Shown: positions 1-11,321 of the stretch, in pieces | Layout of the letters: every line of letters starts with the position of its first letter | How positions within the stretch are numbered: position 1 is the stretch's first letter | Source: Antedon mediterranea | Taxonomy: Eukaryota; Animalia; Echinodermata | Reading direction: 5' to 3' | Length of the DNA: 64,000 bases | Assembly (NCBI RefSeq): GCF_964355755.1 | Contig: NC_092676.1 | Coordinates: 28,662,871 to 28,726,870, forward strand | The notes under the pieces: generated by a model | What the model was told of the DNA's origin: nothing | The model's database searches: none | Seen by the model: the letters and a program-made list of their open reading frames with translations, nothing else | Program-made: the position numbers and the translations under genes

Positions 1-3000
1 TACAAGAGTATTCAAGTAGGATCAGTATTAACCCCTGTTGGCTCACTGGTATTATCAGCCTCTTACAGAACAAACCTAACACTCACTACTCAAAGGTAAT
101 TAAGAGAAGGTTTTCCTTGTTGTTGTTGCTGAATGTATTGTACTGTAGATAGAATATGGGTTACCTATCAAAATCCATGTATCTTTAACTTGAAAGCTAT
201 AGTGTTGACTGTATGCTGTACCATTTGACTATTTTACAAGACTTGTATGATAATTAATTCACAAAGAATCTCAAATCAACAGACCTTCAGATGGGATGTA
301 AAGCTGTTGGACCCCTGTACATAGTGCACGTTAAAGAACTTGGTACACTATTTGAAAAGATAAGGGGATCGTCTCCTGATGTGCTTATCTCGTTGGTGCT
401 GCAATACTTGCTGCTGCTTTTTCCGTGGAGGGTCTAATCCAAATTTCTTCAGTTTCCAGTTAAGCTTGAGGACCAGAAAAATACCTCTACCTGTTACCTT
501 TTACTTAACTTATCTTTTCTTAGATCATTGCAAAGAAGTAATTCAAATCCAATGAAAGTATCTGATGATCATTATGGAAACCCTAAGAGTACTACGGAAT
601 GTAGGCCTTGCACATCTGCCAAAAACAGGTATTTTAAATGTCATCAGGGATGTTGGAAAAGTCCTAATTTATGGAGTTTTCAATTTGCGACATATTGTGC
701 CGTATCCGGATATTCACCCCCTGGAAATTTACCCCCCGGACAACTACCCCCCGAACAACCACCACCTGGACCACTACCCCCTTAAGACAACTACCCCTTT
801 AGAACAACTACCCCCCGGACAAATACCCCCCGGACAACTACCCCCTTAGGACAACAACCCCCTTAAGACAACTACCCCCTGGACAACTACCCCCGGACAA
901 TTACCCCCAAGGAACAATTACCCCCCAGACAATTACCCCCCGGACAATTACCACCCAGAAAACTATCCCTTTAGAACACCCTAACCACCCAGACCATTCA
1001 ACAACCTGACTCTGCAACAGTGTATAATAGGAAATAATAACTATATTTTAATTCGTTACTTTGACGAATTACTATTCATTATTGTAAACAAAAGTAAAAG
1101 ATTGAACATAAATATAGCCTGGTATAAACTGAAGATTGTCACACATGATCATAGGATAGTCGAACGTATTATATAGTACTCCCTGTATTTACTGTAAAGA
1201 CTGGGTTCGCTAATAATAATAATAATTTTTGCGTCAGGACAATGCTTCGATAACCACTGGTCTTAAAAGAATTAATTTTTATCTCAAATTTGTCATATAT
1301 GTATTTTTGTACACTTGAAGAATAATATCACGTTTGATATTTGACCTCAATGTTCACTCACCGAATAAACGTCGATCTTTAAATAAATTCCCCTCAAATA
1401 AACGGTGACCATGTCACTCCCATAAAACATCATATGGAATAATCGTCGTCTATTTCCATTAGATTATACCCCCTCCCATTGAATAAACAACTTTCTTCCA
1501 ATAAATGTCCACCTAAAAACCACCTAAACAATAAACAGCCCAGGCCGTTTTTTCAATAAATACGGTACTTTAAATCTAGCACATCTAGGGTCTAGCGTGC
1601 TGTTAAACAGAATAATCGATTAAAAACGGGTGTTTCGAAACTAGAGACCCGAGACCAGAGACCCGAGACCCAATACGAAAAGGGAGACCTAAATATACGA
1701 AAAGGGAGACCCACGTACGAAAAGGGAGACCCCACTATACGAAAAGAGAGACCACACTTAACGAAAAGGGAGACCCTAATATACGAAAAGGGAGACCCAA
1801 ATATAGGTCTCCCTTTTCGTATTGGTCTCGTGTCAGGTCTCTGGTCTCGGGTCTCTAGTTTCGAAACACCCGTTAAAAACAGATGATTTCATTTTTACAG
1901 AAACCGGTCCTATATATTTGTCTACTTTTGGATGGGGGGGGGGGGGGTAGTTGACCGGGGGGTAGTTGACCGGGGGGGGGGTAGTTGACCGGGGGATAGT
2001 TATCCTAAGGGGGTAGTTGTCCTAAGGGGGTGGTTGTCCGGGGGTAGTTGTCCGGGGGGGTTGTTATCCTAAGGGGGTAGTTGTCCTAAGGGGGTAGTTG
2101 TCCTAAAGGGGTAGTTGTCCTAAAGGGGTAGTTGTCCGGGGGGGTAGTTGTCCTAAGGGGGTAGTTGTCCGGGTGGTAAACATCCGGGGGATAACTGTCT
2201 AGGGGGTAGGTGTCCTAGAACCATATTGTGCACATACAGGGTCATTGGGATGTCCTTCTTTGGACATTTGGATTGTACAAGCTCAGACGATGACACAATA
2301 GGTCACTTCAACTCAAAAGCTCACTATCAATTCTACTCTTTCTTTCAAGAAAGTACTATCTCTGTAATAAAACACTTATACACTATATTCATGTTAATAT
2401 TCATGTGTTTCTTAGAAAATGCTGCATATAAAAAAAGGCAATAATAATGCCATTCAAAATTATTAACTTTAGGCAAACGGAAGTATTTGTACCAGCACAG
2501 GATTCATATTCAGAGTATATCACAGACTTTTCTACCTCACCTCCTGACAAATTGAACTATGACCTCTATGACATGTCTTCAAGACCTATAACCAATCCCC
2601 TTACAATAGCTGACCTACCAGGAACTGAAGATGCTGTAATTGAAGGCCAAAGGTCAGTGTATTATTATATGTTTTATAACTTGCTTGAAGAATCTTATTT
2701 TATTTATTTTTAGACCATTGACCTTTGAATCAGCCGCAGTCACAAAAAGTAATTTGAACTTTAAAAAAACAATAGGCAATTAAACAAACATCTTATAGCA
2801 AACCGTATAAGGAATTATACAGTAAATCTACATTTAATAAGTAATACAATATATTAAAAATATATATATTATAGTACTCTCATAGTAGTATGCCATTTAA
2901 AATTGTTCTTTTAGTAGTTTGAGTGGAGACCACAAACTTGGAGCATTTGCAAGCTTGAACCAGTCACTTGAGATTTCAAACAGCCAAGCTGATATACCAT

Positions 3001-4205
3001 TTGTATCACTTTTATCTGATGTCCATGTAGTAGAATCACCTAAACACCAACATGTTGTTACTGATACAAAACAGGTGAGATATCAAAAAATGGATAGTTG
3101 TAAATATAATTTTATTATTCTTTTATCTGCTATCTAATCAGTTGTTTTTATTTTATAAAGACTCCCAATGCATTATCATGACTGTGTTTTTTTTTAAATT
3201 TGAATTTTAGGAAGATTTAGTGACTGTCCCTTCAACACCTTCTATGCTGCAGAAGTCCTCAGAAAGTGTTGAAGATTTTGTGATGGTGGATCTAGTAAGT
3301 AATACAGATTATTTTAAGTTTATTTTAGTTTGTTAGAAACAGCTATTATTTGAATTGTCATCAGCTGTTGCAAACCCCAGCATGAGTCAGATGTCTGAAA
3401 TTTTAAAATTCCCACCCCAATTCCCCAGCAGAGATTGTCATATTAATAATTATATTTAAAGCATCTTTGCCTTGTCTGTTGTTAACTTCTCGCTATGGCC
3501 TTGGTATGTCATTTGTATATCATAATGTCAATATAACAACAAATAAAAACTTGAAAACATGAAAATTCTGGGGATGAGCAAATTAGATTGTTGTAATTCA
3601 ATGAGCCAGCTACTCTTTGTATTAAATATACTACATTAACAAAATTAATAAAATGTTAATAAATTTCAACTTAAAGTTATCTACTTACAAAAAAATCAAA
3701 TTTAAATAAAGGTGTATTAAAGTAAAACAAAATGGTTACTTTTTTTCAGAAACCAGCATTTGCTCGTTCTGATCCAACAAATGATTTTAGTAGTTTTTAT
3801 CGGGATTTGCAATCTGCTCCAGATTTAGAGATGTTTCAAAATCCCAGAAGCCTCTCAGAAACACTGGTAAGCTTATTTTATTTATTTTTAAGGTGATCAG
3901 GTCAAAAAAAATGTTTTTAAAGTTTAAAGATTTATTGTCCTAAACAATTTTTTTTTCCCAATTTTTATTTTAATATGCCATTTTAATTTCACATGTTTTT
4001 GGGGGACTACACATCTTTAAGCTTACAGTACTTGTTTATTTTCATAAACAAAAATGTAAAAGATATTTCAAATTGAATAATCATCAAATACATATATATA
4101 TTGCAGGGGGAAGTACCTAAACAATTAGCAAAATATGAAGCCAGTGCGGGTGAAATAAATGAGTTTGTGGAAAGACTATTGCAAACAAAAGAAGAAAATG
4201 AATAA
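1..4205 (+). CDS. ATG13: Autophagy-related protein 13, 3' portion (gene starts upstream of window); coding exons <1-95, 524-628, 2473-2652, 2915-3074, 3211-3294, 3750-3866, 4107-4205
   Basis: GT-AG introns with consistent phases. First exon reads YKSIQVGSVLTPVGSLVLSASYRTNL, matching the end of the ATG13 HORMA domain. Later exons give the LIR motif EDFVMVDL|KPAF, then FSSFYRDLQSAP, and the C-terminal helix QLAKYEASAGEINEFVERL, all characteristic of metazoan ATG13. Confidence 0.93.
284..505 (+). mobile_element. Degenerate SINE fragment (Deu/Nin-domain-like core)
   Basis: CTTCAGATGGGATGTAAAGC...GTGCACGTTAAAGAAC...AAGGGGA resembles the core of the SINE at 20116-20436 and a fragment near 57425-57480. 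It ends in a TACCT-type tail. Confidence 0.55.
701..2222. mobile_element. Non-autonomous foldback/Mutator-like DNA transposon in an ATG13 intron
   Basis: Left arm of tandem GGACAACTACCCCC units (~705-975) and right arm of the reverse-complement GGGGGTAGTTGTCC units (~1940-2222). Flanked by direct repeat ATATTGTGC (692-700 and 2223-2231). Confidence 0.85.
1628..1871. mobile_element. MITE nested inside the foldback element
   Basis: TIR GGGTGTTTCGAAACTAGAGACCCGAGACCAGAGACC and its exact reverse complement. Internal TACGAAAAGGGAGACC tandem units. Flanked by (A/G)TTAAAAAC direct repeats. Confidence 0.88.
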
Positions 4206-4932
4206 AAGTTAAGTTGTCAATAAGATATGATTTTTAGTGAAACTTTTATTGAATCTTGTCATGCCGAACTGCTTAAAAAAACTTATGTACTACCTGCTGC
4301 ATAGAGAATGTAAGATATAAGAATGAAATACTAATATAATGGTGAAGTCAAGTCAGACTGCAGAAAATATCTATTTTACCAGCTGCTCAGCAATTATAAT
4401 AACCATCAAAACAGACTGCCGTAATTTCTTGTTTTACAACCAGCTGCATGATAGCACCATATTACAGTAATTAGAAATTTTAAACCCAGAGTTAATTTTA
4501 AGTTGAAAGTATTAAAATATATTTATTAAAGAGTTCAAAGCTTTTATTGAATTATTTATTTGTGTTTGATTTTTATTTATTGATTATTGATTGCTACTAA
4601 GTTGCTATTTGATGATGCAAATATCTGTTTATATGTAGGTTCTGTTTTTTTCTGTTTTTAAATGTTAATTATTATTATGTGATCATAAAATAATAGTATA
4701 AAACATTGTGTTTGGTTTTGTTAATGTCTGAAATTTTGATACTGTACACAGAAAGTCTATGAAGAAGAGCAATAATAGAGGGCGGATTGTTGTCTTGATC
4801 GCGTTGGCGTTTAAATGACTTCTAACCAATCATCTGCCAGTATCGAAGGTGACGTCTGTCTTTTGAGTGTCCCCCGCCCATGATACCATTTACCAGAATA
4901 AATCAAATCGGCAAAATAATGGACACGATGTA

Positions 4933-5087
4933 AAGCTTTGTCTACACTATCAAACTAGTTTGACAAAAAAGTGCCCAATTGGTAGTAATATTACCAAATA
5001 TGGTAGTGATATGACGTCATCGCATCTATATAATTATGGGCACATCACATTTTGTTTTCACATAAAGTTTGATAGTGTAGACAGAGT
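4933..5087. mobile_element. MITE family A (Harbinger/Tourist-like); further copies ~5370-5504, 7933-8073, 16125-16222, 17571-17680, 22226-22282, 53451-53515, 56531-56667
   Basis: Termini AGCTCTGTCTACACTATCAAAC...GTTTGATAGTGTAGACAGAGCT, internal CCAAATATGGTAGTGATATG repeats, and mostly TAA/TTA flanks. Confidence 0.85.
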
Positions 5088-6484
5088 CCTCTTCACCACT
5101 TCTACACGAACTTTGATTATTAATTGTCAACAACCAAAACAATTAATCATATATTTTATCTCGTATATCGTGCAATAAAAACAAATAACGCGAAAACAAA
5201 AATAACAGAATAGTTCGTATTTACACATCATCTCCGTAAATACATTTAACATTTCAACATAAAACACTTGAAATCGTTGTGAACACTAATGTAAACAAGT
5301 GTGACGCCATTTAGATGCTTACAGTTATTACAGAATAAACATTGCGTACTTAAGATAAAATGTCAAATTAGTTCGACAAAATAGTGTGATGTGCCCAAAT
5401 ATGGTATTGATATGTTCAAATATGGTAGTGATATGACATCATCATGTCCATATATGGGCACATCACATTTTTTGACACAAAGTTTGATAGTGTAGACAGA
5501 GCTTAACGTATATTCGTGTCTAATAAGAGTTCTATAAAGCAAAATACTGGTTCATCCTGTCTGTTAGAAAGGACCATTAGCCTCCTAATGAATTTTAAAT
5601 GTATAAATGATTTTGCGTCATAATGACAACATAATGACATTCAAGGAAGTTGCTGAGTTAAATTAGCGATGTTTGCTTTATATTCAATACAGCCAGAACA
5701 GACAGTATATTAAATAGTAAATGTTCTTTTGGATGATCCAAAGTCGAATAAAATTCGTACGGAACAGACAGATTACATTTAAAATGTCATGTATCACTGA
5801 TAAAGTTATCTTTGACGAAAAGTGGCTTGTTTGTGTAGCCTAATTCACAATGTTGTTATCAATTTAGTTCCGCGATTCAATCATTAGTTTATTTATTCAT
5901 TCATTCCTCAGTGGTGTTCATGCAGTACATAATTTGAATATTGATAAGTTATGTGTACAACCATCCTCCATGGTACACGTGACGTGAGCATGAATCACGA
6001 TTATACGCAAGGACGCAATGTAAGGACTTCCAATCACAAGCGACGGATCATCCGAATGTCGTTTGTGATTGGTCAAATTATTTGCGTTGCGCGTACGACT
6101 TGTGTTGCTCGTACGACTTGCATTGCGCGTACGTCTTGTGTTGTGACATCGAACCAAACTTAAGTACGCGCTGGCGCCCGTATTCCTTTATGTTATGCAA
6201 CTGATGACGCGCCGTCTTGACTCTCACGTAACCACCTGCCGTATATCATTTAAAATAATCTATGATGTAATGGCTTTTAAAAGGCCATGTATTTATAAGT
6301 AAACAGACGTGTATTGTTATAGTAATGGAACACGTTCCTAACAGAAAGCAAACAAATGATATAGTACATGTTTATCTTTGTTATCAAGTTCATTCTAGCT
6401 TTCATTGTGGTGAGGTTGTTTACTGGTTGGTGATAGAACATTGTAACTCACTATAAATTATACTTAATACGAAATATATACAAA

Positions 6485-9400
6485 ATGGATTTGTATTTAG
6501 TATTCTTTGCAAGTGTTTCTTTTGTGGGGTGTTTAAGTCAATCGGTTGAGAACCCAACGTCTGTGTTGATCCTCGGGGCAGGAGCAACCGGCTTACAGGC
6601 CGCTCAGACTCTCATTGACAATGGAGTTGAAAACTTTTTAATCCTGGAAGGTGCAGACTATATCGGTGGCCGGGTGCATGATGTGGAGTTCGCTGGTGTT
6701 CAAGTAGAACAGGGCGCCAATTGGGCTCAACCGAGTAAAGGCAAAATTGAAGATTTGGTGAAAGAGCTTCAAATGGAAACTCATTTGACCAACTGGTACT
6801 CGTTCGTAGCTTACAATAGCACTGGACATAATATAACGGATGAAGCAACCCAAGTTTTTAATGTGGTAAGTCTCGTTACTAGGCCTAAATTGTGGCAGAT
6901 GTCAGTATTTCAATGGTCTTCTTATTAGAGGCGCATCAATTGCCAATGTTGCATAGACTATACAGAAAGGCAATCTAACAACTCACCTTGCCAAGTTAGG
7001 AATTCGTAACAATCTTCTGATGGTTATGGGTGGCTCTGCGTACTGTATATTATATTTGTGACGTGGAACTGATCGTGTCGTAGCCACAGGTAAACCCTTT
7101 GATCTCCAGAGCTCAGCATCATGTTGTTAGATTGCCTTATACAGTTTAAGTATTGATATAGGTCCTGCTGATTCTTGTACCAACTAAGAAAATCATGATT
7201 TTTTTTCTAATAAAGTTAGGCCTAATTTTCTAGATGGAAGAAAAGCTGAGGAAAGCATTTGACATTGCTGAAGATCTTTGGGATCTTGGAGACACCGATA
7301 TGTCAATTCGATCTGGATTGAGAACGGTTGGTTGGTTGCCAAAGACGCCCCTTGAACATACAATCGAATGGTCATACACAGACTACGAATTAGCAGATAT
7401 TCCAGAGGTAATTTACTAATGATCTAGTCTGTTACTTAAGCTGGAGGAATATGGAGTGAAAAGGTTGTTAGTTAGTTATTAATCTGCATTAAGTTATTAA
7501 ACATAACCACAAGTTCAAAGTATCATGGATTTTTATCTTTTTGGAATATATTTTCAAATTTCTTTAAGACAATGAGCTCGACAATGAGTCATTATGGATG
7601 TTTGGCTCCACCAGATACACCTTTCTACGTACCTACCTTTGATTGTCAATGGTGCATTCTATTTTGTATTCAGAATTTCAGTTCCATACAAATACTTTTC
7701 AAAAGCCTATTCGTTCTATCTCAACAGGCCCAATGGAAATCTATTGTGCGACATTCTATCTTCTCTTTTGAACATTGTAAATACTATTTGCTTTAAATAG
7801 TTAATACCCCTATTGGCATTTTTGAAACATAATACTACAGTATGTCAACCGGGATTTAATATCAAAAGCATTATTTATGTTTGACTCTTGCTTGGAAAGG
7901 CTTTCTGCGTTCTACGAGGTGACGGATTTCAACCAGTTTGACAGAAAAGTGTGATGTGCCCAAATATGGTAGTGATATGCTTGAGTATGGTAGTGATATG
8001 ACATCATCATGTCCATAAATGGGCACATCACATTTTGTTGTCACATAAAGTTTTGATAGTGTAGACAGAGCTTAACTGTTGCTTGTGATTGGTAAAAATT
8101 ACGTTGCATTACGCATACGTCCCTTCATTGCGTCCCCCCATGGATGGGTTTTTGGTAGACAGCAAAATACGTCAAATTGAGCGTGCTAATGCTTTGGCAA
8201 AAACCACCCTCACTGTTTTATGTCCTAGTGAAAACCACGCTCTAAAACCTGTTTGTGGCATTAATCTATGTTTTTATTTAGCTTTCATCTTTGAAATTTC
8301 ACTCCACTGAAGTTGACGAATTTATTAAACGTGCAGCTGGTAGTACCGATGAAGACAAACCTGTATTTGTTAAAGATCCACGTGGATACAAATACATTTT
8401 CAATGCTACTCTGGACTTCTTAGCAGACAAAACTAACAGGTAAATGTATGGTTATTTATCAATATATAAATTAGAAACATTTTCAATTATTTAGAAATCG
8501 TTTATTTTTTTCAATTGTTTTTAATTGCCTAGCAACAAGATTCTTCTGAACAAAGTTGTAACAACAGTCGACCAAACGTCACCAGATCACGTGATTGTTA
8601 CTTGTAGTGATGGGACACAATACCAAGCGACCAATGTCATTGTGACTTTTAGCTTAGCCGTGTTACAAAACCAAGTTGTCACTTTCAAACCCGACTTGCC
8701 AGGCTGGAAGATGAGGACGCTGAACCGTATCGAAATGGCGTCGTACAGCAAGATTTACGTGCAATTTCCGAAGAACTTCTGGGGTGACCGTGAGATTATC
8801 ATGAGAACTAGCGACCAGCGCGGAAAGTATCCATTTTTCATAAACTTGGAAGCAGAAGGTTAGTAATAACAATGCAATCCAATAACAGGATACTGAGCTC
8901 CGGAGATCAAAGGTTTTTTTTGTGGTTGCGACACGATCAGTTAAACGCTAAGTTTAACATCATCCACCGCTCGCCGCGGAGAACATGTACATAGTACAGT
9001 AGTGTTGGTATTTGTCGCAGCCAGACATAAGATCAAAGGACTGTTACGAGTTTCTCTCTTGGCAAGGCGAGCTCAGTGTCCTATTGTTAGATTACCTTGG
9101 TAATAATAGGTATTTTTTTAACATAAACTATTTTGTTTTACTAATTTTGTTTTTCTTCACATATTTTATCAATTATTATCTTTCCCTAGGTTTGTATCCC
9201 GAAGGAACAAATGCATTACTTGTAGAAGCGACTGGAGATGAGTCTAAACGAATCGAAGCTCAACCTGACGAAGTGACGAAAGCTGAAATCGAAGAAATGT
9301 TCAGGGGAATTTTTGGTGAGGAGAATGTTCCAAACATAACGAACATGTTCATTTCGGGTTGGACGCGGAACCCATTGACGCTAGGAGCATATTCTTTATG

Positions 9401-9689
9401 GACGCCAAACCTAGAAGAAGAGTGTGCTATTAAAATGCAGTCACGTGTTGATAGATTGTTTTTTGGTGGGGAACACACGAGCGAAAATAGTGGTTTTGTA
9501 ATTGGCGCGATGGAAAGTGGCGAGAGGGAAGCTTTGAAAGTTGTCGAATGCCAAGCGGGTAAAGATTGTCCCCAGTGGGAGGCAGAGCAATCGTGTTACT
9601 GTGGAACTAATGCGGTAGCTAAAAGTTCTGCTAATATTTTTGTAATTTCATTATTGGTCTTGTTTGTGTCTTGTATTAAAACTAACTGA
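6485..9689 (+). CDS. FAD-dependent polyamine oxidase-like enzyme (~512 aa) with signal peptide and hydrophobic C-terminal tail; exons 6485-6865, 7234-7407, 8282-8439, 8533-8858, 9190-9689
   Basis: GAGATG FAD motif, LEGADYIGGRV, VEQGANW, DYELAD, VKDPRGY, VIVTFSLAVLQ, MASYSKIYVQFP, WTRNPLTLGAYS and LFFGGEHT...GAMESG. All splice phases are consistent. Confidence 0.9.
6967..7138. mobile_element. MITE family D; related copies ~8875-9098 and ~55520-55723 (the latter inverted relative to 8875-9098)
   Basis: TIR AAGGCAATCTAACAAC / GTTGTTAGATTGCCTT. The 8875-9098 and 55520-55723 segments are reverse-complement similar. Confidence 0.7.
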
Positions 9690-10154
9690 AGCAAATTAAA
9701 TGTACATGGACGCGCATTGCTCATCTCTTATTATTTCTAACATGGATTAAAAAAAGCGTTAATTCTAATAAACCAATGTTTTGAACTATTAATTAATTTA
9801 ACACCGTGGTTAGACTTTATCAATTGCGTTAATTCTACCGGAATCCTATGCACGGCGTTAATCGAACAAATTTAACTGGTCTAAAAATATTTTAGTCGTC
9901 CGGTGTCTTCTTCCAACCTGAATCGTACTAATTACCATATAGATTAACACTGTGTTGATTAGTATGTCAATAATTAGTTTATTTAATAACGGTATCATCA
10001 ATAAAAAATTATATACTCTTTTGATGATTCATGAAACATACGTCATAGTTGAATCCAATCCTAAATGATTAAGACAGTAGCCTAATACACAAAACATTGT
10101 CTCGAAACAGACTCCCACGTCAGTAGAGTGACACAACGGGAAAACAAAAAGTTT

Positions 10155-10255
10155 ACGCGCAAGCCATCGGTTGTTAAACGCGCGAGCCATCGGTTGTTGA
10201 ACGCGCGAGCCATCGGTTGTTGAACGCGCGAGCCATCGGTTTTTGAACGCGCGTT
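10155..10255. repeat. 23-bp tandem repeat, ~4 copies
   Basis: Unit ACGCGCGAGCCATCGGTTGTTGA, seen directly. Confidence 0.9.
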
Positions 10256-11091
10256 CAAAATGATGCATCTATCCGTGGTGTCACTCATTAAATTAACTGG
10301 CCTTATTCTGAACATGTTTTTCTATGATAAGAAATTGCAAAAGTTATGTTGACTATTCTCAATCTGGGTTCGATCAGCTAGAAAACGGCTGCGGTACCAG
10401 TAGTAATTTTGAATAGCGTGCGTTTGGCACGTCATGTTCGTTCGTTGAAGATGTTACTCTCCCTAAAATGAAATGAGATATAATTTAAGGCATGTAAACA
10501 GACCTATCGTTTCTGTATTAGAACAATGTATATCCCGTATCCACTCTTTTATTTTGCACTCCGTAGTGTCTGATAAATTATGGTTTAATCATTTACTTTA
10601 TGAATTGTCTTTTTTCTTCTCTGTAGTATAGCACTTATTATAGGAAGGTATTTTCAAAATCTTTTAAAATCAAGCATTGCAATACTATATATTCCTTTTA
10701 ATCTTTCATTACATAATTTGATCACGTGAAATTGAACATGTTTGATAGATATTATCTCAAGCACCTTTCTTGAAACAGCTGTAAACATTGAGATATCGTA
10801 TACCGTACACGTTTCATGCATCGTTGTAAATATGTTTCTAAATATTTGCGAAAACAGTAATGATTAAGTCTGACAATTCTAAAAGTTGTGTCACATTTAG
10901 TTTTAGATTTGTTTTCAATAACAATTTTAACAATTGCTTTTGAATCTACATTTTGATCGCATACAAAAGCGTAATCGAAAATCTTAGTTATAACTAAATA
11001 TGTTGTCTATAATCAAACGTTATAAATACCAGCAGATTATTATTATTATTTAGAATAAATTTAAATCATAATTTTAAGCTAAGTAAGCTTA

Positions 11092-11246
11092 AAGCTTGGT
11101 TCACACGCAACGCAAGGACGTAAGCGCAACGCAAGCGAGTTCGACCAATCACAAGCGAAAATTCGGATAATCCATCGCTTGTGATTGGTTAAATTTCTTA
11201 CATCGCGCTTACGTCGTGGCGTTACGTTCTAGTGGGAACTAAGCTT
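11092..11246. mobile_element. MITE family B; related copies ~5975-6162, ~30995-31169, 33044-33217 and the nest at 33294-33834
   Basis: Termini AGC(T/G)TGGTTCCCACTAG...CTAGTGGGAACCA(A/C)GCT (somewhat decayed in this copy), internal ACGCAACGCAA repeats and inverted ACCAATCACAAGCGA motif, with TAA/TTA flanks. Confidence 0.85.
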
Positions 11247-11321
11247 TAGTATTTAAGAAAAATGAGGCATTGAATCAAATACAATAGATACTAAACTAAC
11301 CGTTTTATTCTATCTATTGTT

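Noticed and set aside
565-849. Pro-rich ORFs
   Set aside because: They are read-through from an ATG13 exon into the C-rich arm of the foldback element.
2240-2301. Possible extra ATG13 exon (CAG|GGTC...ATAG|GTCACT)
   Set aside because: The donor is weak and the exit phase is incompatible with the next exon. The gene splices in frame without it.
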